Assembly: GCA_026786145.1 (NCBI GenBank)
Contig: JAJAYQ010000214.1
Span: forward strand, 1-37,725
Direction of reading: 5' to 3'
Source of the DNA: Spirochaetaceae bacterium
Lineage (GTDB): Bacteria; Actinomycetota; Actinomycetes; JACCUZ01
DNA: 37,725 nucleotides
Made by a program: the position numbers and the translations under genes. The notes beneath the pieces are model-generated. The model did not search any database, had not been told where the DNA came from, and was given only the letters and a program-made list of their open reading frames with translations. Of this stretch, positions 1 to 9,141 are shown in pieces. Position 1 is the first letter of the stretch, and each line of letters opens with the position of its first letter.

Positions 1-54
1 CAGCTGGTCGCAGATTCCGGCGCGGAGCGTCGCCTCGCCCACCTGAGCCGCCCG

Positions 55-60
55 TAGGGT
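55..60 (+). promoter_or_regulatory. -10-like TAGGGT 6 nt upstream of the esterase GTG (leaderless-type arrangement)
   Basis: TAGGGT-tggcag-GTG(67). Confidence 0.35.
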
Positions 61-66
61 TGGCAG

Positions 67-1143
67 GTGAGCACCGAACCCGCCGTTCAGGCCGGGCCGG
101 ACGTCGAGGCGGGACACGTCACGTTCCGGTTCCGTGACCCGGAACGCAGCCTGCTCGCGGTGCGCCTGTACCAGGAGATACGGGTCCCCGGTGACCGGCT
201 GGGCCTCGTCTGGACAGCAGGGGTGTGGCAGCTCTCGTTGGACCTGCCCGAGGTCGACCGGGTCGAGTACCTCTTCGAGCTGACCTGGGCCGACGGGTCC
301 ACCGAGTCCGTCACGGACCCTGCGAACCCCCACCGGGTGCCCGGCGCCTTCGGGGACAAGTCGGTCGTCGAGCTGCCCCGCTACCGCCCCCCGCGGTGGC
401 TCGGGCAGCCCTCCCCGCCGGGACGACGGCGTGACGTCCCGGTCCGTGCCAGGGAGCTGGCGGAGGACATCGTCGCCACCGTCTGGTCCCCCGACGGTGT
501 CGGGGACACCGAGGCGGTACCGCTCCTGGTGGTCCACGACGGCCCGGAGTACGACGATCTGGCCGGTCTCACGACCTACCTGTCGGCGGGTGTCGACGCC
601 GGAGTCCTCCCTCGACTGCGCGCCGCGCTGCTGCCGCCGGGACCTCGCGACGACCGGTACTCCGCGAACGGCCCGTACACCCGTGCCCTGTGCCTCGCCG
701 TGGTCCCGCAGGTCATGGCCGAGGTGACGACGACCACCGTCTTCGGCATGGGCGCCAGCCTCGGCGCGCTCGCGATGCTGCACGCCCAACGCCAGCACCC
801 TGGCACCTTCGGGGCCCTCTTCCTGCAGTCGGGATCGTTCTTCCACCCCCGCCACGACGCCCACGAACGACGCTTCTCGCAGTACGAACGGGTCGTGCGG
901 AGCGTGGCCACCGTGCTGCGCTCGGGAGGGCACCCCTCCCCCGTGCCCACGGTGATGACCTGCGGGACGAGCGAGGAGAACCTCGCCAACAACCGCATCA
1001 TGGCCCGGGCGTTGGCAGCGCAGGGCTACGACGTGTCGCTGCGCGAGGTACGCGACGTGCACAGCTACACAGCCTGGCGCGACGCGTTCGACCCGTGGCT
1101 GTCGGGCCTCCTCCGCGAGATGTCACCGGTGGCCCGCCGATGA
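67..1143 (+). CDS. alpha/beta-hydrolase of the putative-esterase family (enterochelin esterase / esterase D-like) with N-terminal E-set/CBM48-like domain
   Basis: 358-aa ORF from GTG 67. The N-terminal beta-sandwich-like part contains VDRVEYLFELTW...VTDPANP. The C-terminal hydrolase part has the nucleophile elbow G-A-S-L-G (VFGMGASLGALAML). Stop TGA 1141-1143 overlaps the next ATG (ATGA). TAGGGT lies 6 nt upstream of the GTG. Confidence 0.8.
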   Translation: MSTEPAVQAGPDVEAGHVTFRFRDPERSLLAVRLYQEIRVPGDRLGLVWTAGVWQLSLDLPEVDRVEYLFELTWADGSTESVTDPANPHRVPGAFGDKSVVELPRYRPPRWLGQPSPPGRRRDVPVRARELAEDIVATVWSPDGVGDTEAVPLLVVHDGPEYDDLAGLTTYLSAGVDAGVLPRLRAALLPPGPRDDRYSANGPYTRALCLAVVPQVMAEVTTTTVFGMGASLGALAMLHAQRQHPGTFGALFLQSGSFFHPRHDAHERRFSQYERVVRSVATVLRSGGHPSPVPTVMTCGTSEENLANNRIMARALAAQGYDVSLREVRDVHSYTAWRDAFDPWLSGLLREMSPVARR

Positions 1144-1880
1144 GGTCGGTGGAACTTGCCGCATCTACCAGCGACTTCCGCGGCCAGGTGGTGGTGCACG
1201 GTCACTTCGGTCGCCCGGTTCTCGTGTTCCCCTCGGAGGCAGGCAGGGCGTGGGACTTCGAGAACAACGGGATGGTCGACGCCATCCGATGGATGGTCGA
1301 CGCGGGCCGGGTCAAGCTCTACTGCGTGGACTCCGCAGATGCGTTCACCTGGTCCGACCTCTCGGTCGCGCTCGAGGAGCGCGCGCGTCGGCACGAGCTG
1401 TACGAGCGCTGGGTGCTCGAGGACGTGGTCCCCTTCCTCCGCGAGGACTGCGCCGGGCGGTCGGACATCGTGACCCTCGGATGCAGCCTCGGGGCGTTCC
1501 ATGCCGCCAACCTCGCGCTGCGCCACGCCGACCTCTTCCCACAAGCCCTGTGCCTGTCCGGCTCGTACGACCCGTCCGAGTGGGACGCCTGGGGTCACCG
1601 CGGGGACGCGGCGTACTTCCACAACCCGATGGAGTACGTCATGAACCTGCACGGTGACCATCTCGACTGGCTGCGCTCCGCGGTCCACTTGGTCCTGGTC
1701 GTGGGACAGGGGTCCTGGGAGGTAGACCCCACCCGGGCGCTGCCGAGCACCCGGCGCTTCGCGGCGGTGCTGAGCGAGAAGGGCATCCCGCACGAGCTGG
1801 ATGTCTGGGGTTACGACGTCCCCCACGACTGGACCTCGTGGCAGCGCCAGCTCGCCCATCACCTGCCCCGCTTCTGCTGA
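1140..1880 (+). CDS. esterase-family alpha/beta-hydrolase (second copy, no N-terminal domain)
   Basis: 246 aa from ATG 1140: MRSVELAAS... The 690-start track ORF is only an upstream extension overlapping gene 1. The GxSxG elbow is G-C-S-L-G (TLGCSLGAFHAANLAL). ATGA coupling to gene 1. Confidence 0.8.
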   Translation: MRSVELAASTSDFRGQVVVHGHFGRPVLVFPSEAGRAWDFENNGMVDAIRWMVDAGRVKLYCVDSADAFTWSDLSVALEERARRHELYERWVLEDVVPFLREDCAGRSDIVTLGCSLGAFHAANLALRHADLFPQALCLSGSYDPSEWDAWGHRGDAAYFHNPMEYVMNLHGDHLDWLRSAVHLVLVVGQGSWEVDPTRALPSTRRFAAVLSEKGIPHELDVWGYDVPHDWTSWQRQLAHHLPRFC

Positions 1881-1955
1881 CGGCCCGACCGGGCACGTCG
1901 ACAGGGCCCGTCGACCTCACTAGCGTGCTCTTGATCTGTTTCGAGGGAGACCGCC

Positions 1956-3203
1956 ATGGCCGACACCCGGCACCTGCTCGGACTGCTGCTGGGCACCGAG
2001 AACGACTGGCCCTCGGTCTTCGAGGCCCTAGTCCGCCGGCTCGGTCCCGTGACCGACGGCACCGGGAACGTGCACAGCTATGACGTCGAGCGCATCACCG
2101 TGGAACCCTTCGACCTGCGCGCCGAGCCGCCGTACGACCTGGTCATCGACCGCCTCGCCTACTGGTACTACCACCCGCGGGAGTGGCTGAAGAAGGTCGC
2201 CCTCATGGACAATGTCTACCTGCTGAACTCACCCTTCACGTTTCAGGCGATGGAGAAGCACGCCGCCTACTGCGCCATGATGCGACTCGGCCTGAAGGTG
2301 CCCGACACGGTTCTGGTGCCGTACAAGAACCCGCTCGACCACGCCAAGTACGCCTACACCGCGGAGCGTTACAACCGGTCGTTCGACCTTGACGCGGTGG
2401 CCGACAAGGTCGGCTACCCGTTGTTCATGAAGCCCTACGACGGTGGTGCGTGGCGTGGCGTCTCCCGCATCCGGGACGCCGACGAGCTGCACCGGGCGTA
2501 CGACGAGTCGGGCGAGATGCTGATGCACCTGCAGGCCTCCGTGGAGGGCTACGACGTCTTCGCCCGTTCTCTGTCCATCGGCGCCGAGACGATGGTGATG
2601 AACTTCGACCCCGACCAGCCGATGCACGGCCGCTACTCCGTGTCACACGACTTCCTCTCCCCTGCGACCGGTGCCGAGGTGCTGTCCATCGGCCGGGTCG
2701 TGAACGCGTTCTTCCGGTGGGAGTTCAACTCCTGCGAAACCCTCGTGCGCGGCACAGACGTGCACCCCATCGACTACGCCAACGCCTGCCCCGACGTGGC
2801 GATCACGTCGCTGCACTACTACTTCCCGTGGGCGATGAAGGCGCTGGTCAAATGGTCGATCTTCTGCACGGCCACCGGCCGTGCCCCGCGACCGTACGTC
2901 GACCCAGGGCCGTGGTTCGCCATCGCCGACCGCGAGGACCTCTCCTATGACGAGAAGCTCGCGGCCTACCACTCCCTGGCGGACGACTACTTCGAGACGG
3001 AGCGATACCAAGACTTCTGCGCCTCCCGCCTCTCCGAGTTCGACGAGGCGGCACTGGCCTACTTCCAGAGCCCGGAGTTCGACGAGGTGCTGGTCACGAC
3101 GGTCACGACGACCTTTCCCGTGCACGAGCACGAGCAGTTCGTCGCACACTTTCGCGGCCTGCTGCGGCTCTGGTGCGACGACGAGCGGGTCCGCCTCGGC
3201 TGA
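1956..3203 (+). CDS. ATP-grasp domain protein (carboxylate-amine ligase fold), function unassigned
   Basis: 415-aa ORF. ATG 1956 is preceded by GGGAGA 7 nt upstream. The central segment VGYPLFMKPYDGGAWRGVSRIRDADEL...MHLQ... resembles the ATP-grasp nucleotide-binding core. The stop lies 3 nt from the stop of the convergent GCS2 gene. Confidence 0.7.
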   Translation: MADTRHLLGLLLGTENDWPSVFEALVRRLGPVTDGTGNVHSYDVERITVEPFDLRAEPPYDLVIDRLAYWYYHPREWLKKVALMDNVYLLNSPFTFQAMEKHAAYCAMMRLGLKVPDTVLVPYKNPLDHAKYAYTAERYNRSFDLDAVADKVGYPLFMKPYDGGAWRGVSRIRDADELHRAYDESGEMLMHLQASVEGYDVFARSLSIGAETMVMNFDPDQPMHGRYSVSHDFLSPATGAEVLSIGRVVNAFFRWEFNSCETLVRGTDVHPIDYANACPDVAITSLHYYFPWAMKALVKWSIFCTATGRAPRPYVDPGPWFAIADREDLSYDEKLAAYHSLADDYFETERYQDFCASRLSEFDEAALAYFQSPEFDEVLVTTVTTTFPVHEHEQFVAHFRGLLRLWCDDERVRLG

Positions 3204-3206
3204 CCC

Positions 3207-4679
3207 TCAGGCAGTGGGCCAGGTGTGCACCGGCTCGTTCGAGTGCATGTGCCCGACGTAGCTGCGCGTCATCTCCCGCAGGGCATCGTGGCGATCGCAG
3301 GAGTCGAAGAACCGGTGGAAGGTCGCCGCCTGCCACGAGGCGCCGTTGACCTCGCGGAGGCACCTGCCCTCGATGATGCCCAGCAGCCGGTCCTTGTCGG
3401 CGGTGGCGACCCCCCACTCCTCCAACCCACGGTGGGCCAGCGGCAGCAGGTGGCGCAGGACGAGCTCGGTCGCCGGGACCTCACCGATGCCGGGCCAGTA
3501 GATCTTCGCGGCGATGCCGTCCTGCGCTCCGCTGTGGAAGTTCTCCTCGGCAGCGGCGAAGCTCATCTGCGACCAGACGGGACGATCGGCGTCGGCCAGG
3601 ACCTTGACCAGGCCGTAGTAGAACGCGGCGTTGGCGAGGACGTCGACGACGGTCGGCCCGGCCGGCAGGCAGCGGTTCTCGACCCGCAGGTGCGGGCGGC
3701 CGCGCACCACGTCGTAGACCGGCCGGTTCCACCGATAGACCGTGCCGTTGTGCAGGCGCAGCTCGCCCAGCTGGGGCACGTCGCCACGGTCGAGCACCGC
3801 AAGTGGGTCCTCGTCGTCGCAGACCGGCAGCAGGGACGGGAAGTAGCGGACGTTCTCCTCGAACAGGTCGAAGATCGAGGTGATCCACCGCTCGCCGAAC
3901 CACACCCGGGGTCGCACACCCTGTGCCTTCAGCTCGTCGGACCGGGTGTCTGCGGCCTGCTCGAAGAGGGCGATGCGCGTCTCGCGCCACAGCTCTTTGC
4001 CGAAGAAGAACGGTGAGTTGGCACCCATCGCGAGCTGCACGCCGGCGATGGCCTGGGAGGCGTTCCAGTGCGCGTCGAAGGTCTCGGGGTCGACCTGGAG
4101 GTGCAGCTGGACGCTCGTGCACGCCGCCTCGGGCGCGATCGTGTCGGCGGAGGTCGACAGCCGCTCGACGCCGTCGATGGTGATCGAGATGTCCTCGCCG
4201 CGGGCGGCGAAGACCTGCTCGTTGAGCAGGGCGTACCGCGGGTTGGCGCTGAAGGTCTCCTCGGTGAGGTGCTCCGGGCGTACGGTCGGCAGGATCCCGA
4301 TCATCACCACGTCGGCGCCCGCGTCGTTGGCGACGTCGTCTGCATGGTTCAGGCTCGCCCGGACCTCGCTCTCGAGCTTCCGGAAGACCTCGCCGGTCAG
4401 CAGCTGCGGCGCGATGTTGATCTCGATGTTGAACTGCGCCAGCTCGGTCTGGAAGTCGGGGTCGGCGATGAGGCGCAGAACCTTCTCGTTGACCATCGCC
4501 GGGTCACCGTCGGTGCCGGTGAGGTTCAGCTCGATCTCCAGGCCCATGCTGCGGCGCTCGGTGTCGAAGCGGGACTCCGAGAGCATGCGGGCGAAGACAT
4601 CCAGGCAGCGGCGGACCTTCTGCCGGTAGAGCGCCCTGTCCTCGCGGGTGAACTGCCTCTTCGCGACGTCCTGACCCAT
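3207..4679 (-). CDS. glutamate-cysteine ligase family 2 (GCS2) carboxylate-amine ligase
   Basis: 490 aa from ATG 4679 (GGAGG 8 nt upstream). The upstream GTG at 4751 has no RBS. GCS2-like blocks: MGLEIELNL, FNIEINIAP, CTSVQLHLQV, NSPFFFGKELWRETRIALFEQ, LRVENRCLPAGPT. Confidence 0.8.
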   Translation of the reverse strand: MGQDVAKRQFTREDRALYRQKVRRCLDVFARMLSESRFDTERRSMGLEIELNLTGTDGDPAMVNEKVLRLIADPDFQTELAQFNIEINIAPQLLTGEVFRKLESEVRASLNHADDVANDAGADVVMIGILPTVRPEHLTEETFSANPRYALLNEQVFAARGEDISITIDGVERLSTSADTIAPEAACTSVQLHLQVDPETFDAHWNASQAIAGVQLAMGANSPFFFGKELWRETRIALFEQAADTRSDELKAQGVRPRVWFGERWITSIFDLFEENVRYFPSLLPVCDDEDPLAVLDRGDVPQLGELRLHNGTVYRWNRPVYDVVRGRPHLRVENRCLPAGPTVVDVLANAAFYYGLVKVLADADRPVWSQMSFAAAEENFHSGAQDGIAAKIYWPGIGEVPATELVLRHLLPLAHRGLEEWGVATADKDRLLGIIEGRCLREVNGASWQAATFHRFFDSCDRHDALREMTRSYVGHMHSNEPVHTWPTA

Positions 4680-4798
4680 GCGACCCACCTCCAGGGCTGT
4701 CTGCGCACAACCTGAGCACAACCTCGCACATCGACGCCTCTGCCGCGACACGCCGCCACCACCCCGGCGCCGTCCGGGGTTCTGTCCAGGGTTCGACC

Positions 4799-4804
4799 TA
4801 CGGT
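4799..4804 (+). promoter_or_regulatory. -10-like TACGGT 6 nt upstream of the sbcD ATG (leaderless-type arrangement)
   Basis: TACGGT-tcgggc-ATG(4811). Confidence 0.35.
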
Positions 4805-4810
4805 TCGGGC

Positions 4811-5962
4811 ATGCGCCTGCTCCACACCTCCGACTGGCACCTGGGCCGGTCCTTCCACCGGGAGGACCTGCTCGTCGCCCAGGCGCGCTTCGTCGACTTC
4901 CTGGTGGAGACGGTGCGTTCCGAGCGGGTGGACGCCGTCCTGGTGTCCGGCGACATCTACGACCGGGCGTTGCCGTCCGTCGACGCCGTCGCCCTCTGCA
5001 ACGACGCCTTGCAACGCCTCGCCGCGACGCGCACCAGGGTCGTCCTCATCAGCGGCAACCACGACTCGGCACGACGACTCGGTTTCGGTGCGGGGCTGAT
5101 CGACGCCTCAGGCATCCATCTCCGCACCGACCCTGCCGGCTGTGGCCGGCCGGTGCTCCTCGAGGACAGGCACGGTCCCGTCGCGGTCTACGCGCTGCCC
5201 TACCTCGAGCCCGACGCGGTGCGCAGCGAGCTCGGGTGCGACGAGCGCAGCCACCAGGCGGTGCTGGGCGCTGCCATGGGGCGGGTCCGTACGGACCTCT
5301 CCGCCCGACCCGGAGCCAGATCGGTGGTTCTGGCGCACGCATTCGTCACCGGTGCGCAGATCTCCGAGAGCGAGCGCGACATCAGCGTCGGTGGCGCGAG
5401 CTCGGTGCCGGTGAGCACGTTCGCCGGGGTCGACTACGCGGCACTGGGCCACCTTCACGGTGCGCAGCGACTGCGCGACGACGTCCGCTACAGCGGGTCC
5501 CCGCTGGCCTACTCCTTCTCGGAGGACCGTCACCACAAGGGCGTGCTTCTCGTCGACCTCGGCTCTCGACCTGGTGAGCCGCTCGTCGCCGAGCACCTCC
5601 CGACCCCCGTGGAGCGGCCGCTGGCGCGGATCTCGGGCCGACTCGACGACCTGTTGACCGGTCCTGGGTGGTCAGGTCTCAGTGGCCACTACCTGCAGGT
5701 GACCCTCACCGACGCCACCAGGCCCAGGGAGCCGATGGAGCGGCTGCGGGACCGTTTTCCCCACGTCCTGATGCTCGCCTTCGCACCCGAGGGCGAGGTG
5801 GAGGGAGACGAGCGCTCCTACGCCCTGCGGCTGCGTGGCCGCAGCGACCGCGAGGTCGCCGGCGACTTCGTCGAGCACGTCCGCAGCGCACCGGAGTCGG
5901 CCGAGTCGGCGCTCCTGGCCGAGGCCTTCGAGTCGGTTCGCCTGTCCGGGGCGAGTGCCTGA
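4811..5962 (+). CDS. sbcD: exonuclease SbcCD, nuclease subunit D (Mre11-like)
   Basis: 383 aa. Calcineurin-like phosphoesterase motifs are present: MRLLHTSDWHLGR, SGDIYDR, SGNHDS, LGHLHG. The stop overlaps the sbcC start (TGATG 5960-5964). TACGGT lies 6 nt upstream of the ATG. Confidence 0.9.
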   Translation: MRLLHTSDWHLGRSFHREDLLVAQARFVDFLVETVRSERVDAVLVSGDIYDRALPSVDAVALCNDALQRLAATRTRVVLISGNHDSARRLGFGAGLIDASGIHLRTDPAGCGRPVLLEDRHGPVAVYALPYLEPDAVRSELGCDERSHQAVLGAAMGRVRTDLSARPGARSVVLAHAFVTGAQISESERDISVGGASSVPVSTFAGVDYAALGHLHGAQRLRDDVRYSGSPLAYSFSEDRHHKGVLLVDLGSRPGEPLVAEHLPTPVERPLARISGRLDDLLTGPGWSGLSGHYLQVTLTDATRPREPMERLRDRFPHVLMLAFAPEGEVEGDERSYALRLRGRSDREVAGDFVEHVRSAPESAESALLAEAFESVRLSGASA

Positions 5963-8900
5963 TGCGCCTGCACCAGCTGACCGTCAGCGCGTTCGGGCCG
6001 TTCGCCGGCAGCGAGCATGTCGACTTCGACGTGCTCTCGACCGCGGGCATCTTCCTGTTCAGCGGTGCGACCGGAGCCGGCAAGACGAGTCTGCTCGACG
6101 CCGTCTGCTTCGGGCTCTACGGCGAGGTGCCGGGCGCCAGGGCCGGGGCCGGGGCCAAGTCGTCGCTGCGCAGCGACCACGCGGCGGCCGGGGTGCGCCC
6201 GGAGGTGACCCTCGAGCTCACCCTGCGCGGTCGCCGTCTGCGGATCACCCGCTCGCCCCAGTGGGACCGTCCCAAGCTGCGCGGAAGCGGCACGACGACC
6301 GAGCCGGCCCGGGTGCTCGTCGAGGAGTCCGGGCCCGAGGGTGCGCGCACGCTCTCGACCCGCCTCGACGAGTCGGGCCACCTGCTGGGCGCCCTGCTGG
6401 GGCTCTCGCTGGCGCAGTTCTGCCAGGTGGTGCTGCTCCCTCAGGGCCAGTTCGCCGACTTCCTCCGCGCTGATGCCGACAAGCGCCGTGCCCTGCTGGA
6501 GAGCCTGTTCGACACCTCCCGGTTCGCGGCGGTGGAGGGATGGCTGGTCGGGCGCCGCCAGGCCACCTGGCGCGCGGTCGAGGACTCCGACCAGCAGATC
6601 GGCCGGCTGCTGGCCAGGGTTGCCGAAGCCTCCGGCAGCGACCTGCCCGACGGCCGCTGCCCCGACGACGCGAGCGGCTGGGTCGACCAGCTGCTCATCG
6701 CGGCCACGGCCGAGCGGGACGAGGCGGTTCGGCTGGCGCGCCGAGCCACCCGTGCGGCGACCAGCGCCGTGTCCGCCGTGACGACCGCCGAGCGGGTGGT
6801 CGTCCTTCAGCAGCGCCACACCGTCCTGCAGGCCCGGCTGCGAACGCTGCAGGATGCCCAGCCGCTCCGCGAGGCCGCTGCCGCCGAGCTCGAAGCCGCC
6901 CGGCAGGTCGCCCCATTGGTGCCGCTGAAGGCCGAAGCCGACCGCCTCCAGGTCGAACTCGACGACGTGTGCGCCCTGGCCGCGAGCTCGTCCGCGGCTC
7001 TGGGCCTGCACGAGGTCTTGCTCGCTCCGGTCCTCGCGGCGACCGGCACCGACACGGCGAGCAGCCGGCCGTTCCCCCCGGCTGCCCTGGTAGGCGACGT
7101 GTCCCGCTCGACCCGCGACGAGGCAGGCAGGTTGCGCCATCTGATCTGCCAGGAGGTCGAGCTCGACAACCTGACCGAGCGCATCCAGGACCTGCAGCAG
7201 GAGGCAATCGTCCTGGTGGCCCGGTCCGAGGAGGCAGGCGCCTGGCTCGCCGGCGCCGATTCTCGCCGCGAGGTCCTCGCCGCCAGCCGCGACGCCGCTC
7301 GTGCGGCCGAGCTGGGCACGACGCACGCGCTGGCTGCCAGTGACCGTGCCGAAGCCCGGCTGGCAGCTGCCACGCGCCGCGATGCGCTGTCGGTCACGGT
7401 GGCCTCGGCCCGCGATCTGGTGCGCACCCTGACCGACGCCCACCAGGTCGCGCGTGACGAGCTCCAGCGGATCCGCGAGAAGCGGCTGGCGGGCATGGCA
7501 GCCGAGCTCGCGACCGGGTTGCAGGCCGGGCACGACTGCCCCGTCTGCGGCAGCACCGAGCACCCGAAGCCGGCAAGCTCGGCCGACGTCGTCAGCAGCG
7601 CCGACGAGGAGTCCGCCGCCGGCAGAGCGACGAACGCCGAAGGGGAACGCCACGAGGGCGAGCGGCACCTCGGGGCCCTCGAGGTGCAGCTTGCCGAGCA
7701 GCGCACGGCCGCTGGTGGCGAGCTGCCCCTGGAGTCGCTGCGCGCGGAGAAGGACACCCTGCTCCGCGCGGCCCGTTGCACCGCCGAGGTCGCGAGCGCC
7801 CTGCCCGACGCCGAGCTGGCGCTGGGCGCCTTCGACCAGGAGCGCGAGGGCTGGCTCCGGCGCCGCGTCAGCCACGACGAAGAGATCCGCGGTATCGGCG
7901 GGCAGGTCGAGGAGCAGCAGCAGCTGGCCGCGGGTCTGCTCGCCGACCTCAGCGCGGCTCGTGGCGAGGACCCCACAGTCGCTTCACGCGCCCAGCGGTT
8001 GATCGGTCTCGCCGACGTGCTCGACGGGCTCGGCGCCCACCTCGGCGGGGTCGAACGGCTCGAACGCGACCTCGCGGCAGCTCTGGAGCGCGTCGAGGCG
8101 GCGGTCGCTGAGCGCGGCTTCGGCTCCGTCGAGGACGTGCTGCCCGCCGTTCGCGACGACGAGCAGCAGGCCGCGCTCGACGATCTGCGGCAGCGCCACG
8201 ACACCGACCTGGCGACGGTGCTCGACCAGCTCGAGGACGCCGACCTCGTCGCAGCCGAGGCATCCTCGCCACCAGACCTCGAGACGACGGCCTGCTCGGC
8301 CCAGGAGGCCGAGCGGGTGCGGGACGAGTCCGTGGCACACGCTGCTGCGGCGTCCGCCCGCGCCACCGCACTCATCCGGCTCGCCACCGCGGTCGCCACC
8401 GCCCTGGCCGAGCGGTCCCCGCTCGCCGCGGCACACCGCGTCGTCGACGGCCTCTCACGCCTGGCGGAGGGCAAGAGCGCCGACAACCGGCTGCGGATGA
8501 GCCTGTCCGCCTACGTCCTCGCCGCCCGGCTCGAGCAGGTCGCCCTCAGCGCGAGCGAGCGGCTGCTGCGGATGTCCTCCGGGCGCTACAGCCTGCTGCA
8601 CACGGCCGAGGGCAGCACCGGACGCGCTCGTGGCGGCCTGGAGCTGCGTGTCCTCGACGCCTGGACAGGTCAGGAGCGTGACCCGGCCACCCTCTCCGGC
8701 GGCGAGAGCTTCTCGGCCTCCCTCGCGCTCGCGCTCGGCCTCGTCGACGTCGTCACAGCCGAGGCCGGCGGCGCCCTGTTGGAGACCCTTTTCGTCGACG
8801 AGGGGTTCGGCAGCCTCGATGACGACACGCTGGACGACGTGATGGGAGTTCTCGACGACCTGCGAGACGGCGGCCGGACCGTGGGCATCGTGAGCCACGT

Positions 8901-9024
8901 TGCCGACCTGCGTCAGCGCATCCCGACCCAGCTGCGCGTCGAAAAGGGCCGGAACGGCTCTTCCGTGCACCAAGAACGCTCTGCCGAGCGCTCCCCCGCG
9001 GCCGGCGCTGCGCCATCAGGGTGA
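5962..9024 (+). CDS. sbcC: exonuclease SbcCD, ATPase subunit C (Rad50-like SMC protein)
   Basis: 1020 aa from ATG 5962; the track ORF start at 5668 is an overlap artefact. Walker A is GATGAGKTS. A long Ala/Leu/Arg/Glu coiled-coil region follows. The zinc hook CPVC is at 7537-7548. The ABC signature is LSGGESF and Walker B is LFVDEGFGSLD. Confidence 0.9.
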   Translation: MRLHQLTVSAFGPFAGSEHVDFDVLSTAGIFLFSGATGAGKTSLLDAVCFGLYGEVPGARAGAGAKSSLRSDHAAAGVRPEVTLELTLRGRRLRITRSPQWDRPKLRGSGTTTEPARVLVEESGPEGARTLSTRLDESGHLLGALLGLSLAQFCQVVLLPQGQFADFLRADADKRRALLESLFDTSRFAAVEGWLVGRRQATWRAVEDSDQQIGRLLARVAEASGSDLPDGRCPDDASGWVDQLLIAATAERDEAVRLARRATRAATSAVSAVTTAERVVVLQQRHTVLQARLRTLQDAQPLREAAAAELEAARQVAPLVPLKAEADRLQVELDDVCALAASSSAALGLHEVLLAPVLAATGTDTASSRPFPPAALVGDVSRSTRDEAGRLRHLICQEVELDNLTERIQDLQQEAIVLVARSEEAGAWLAGADSRREVLAASRDAARAAELGTTHALAASDRAEARLAAATRRDALSVTVASARDLVRTLTDAHQVARDELQRIREKRLAGMAAELATGLQAGHDCPVCGSTEHPKPASSADVVSSADEESAAGRATNAEGERHEGERHLGALEVQLAEQRTAAGGELPLESLRAEKDTLLRAARCTAEVASALPDAELALGAFDQEREGWLRRRVSHDEEIRGIGGQVEEQQQLAAGLLADLSAARGEDPTVASRAQRLIGLADVLDGLGAHLGGVERLERDLAAALERVEAAVAERGFGSVEDVLPAVRDDEQQAALDDLRQRHDTDLATVLDQLEDADLVAAEASSPPDLETTACSAQEAERVRDESVAHAAAASARATALIRLATAVATALAERSPLAAAHRVVDGLSRLAEGKSADNRLRMSLSAYVLAARLEQVALSASERLLRMSSGRYSLLHTAEGSTGRARGGLELRVLDAWTGQERDPATLSGGESFSASLALALGLVDVVTAEAGGALLETLFVDEGFGSLDDDTLDDVMGVLDDLRDGGRTVGIVSHVADLRQRIPTQLRVEKGRNGSSVHQERSAERSPAAGAAPSG

Positions 9025-9141
9025 CGCAGACCAATCCCCGGGCCCGGTGCAACCGAACATCCGGTGAGATCACGGGCACGGGTTCCGACCTAGACGGGGA
9101 GTCGGCTGTTTCGCAGTGACGAGACCAGGGAGGTGGCTGCG

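Noticed and set aside
1-66. A possible 3' end of an upstream plus-strand gene at the left edge.
   Set aside because: It is too short to assign a frame or family, so I do not report it as a feature.
5818-8486. Very long minus-strand ORFs (5818..7875, 685 aa; 6807..8486, 559 aa) antisense to sbcC.
   Set aside because: They are Arg/Ala/Gly/Pro/Ser-rich low-complexity translations with no recognisable motifs. They lie opposite a gene with clear Walker A, zinc hook and signature motifs. Stop-free antisense frames are expected at this GC content.
9038-9047. Palindrome CCGGGCCCGG after sbcC, considered as a terminator.
   Set aside because: It has no loop and no U-tract, and such GC palindromes are frequent in this DNA.
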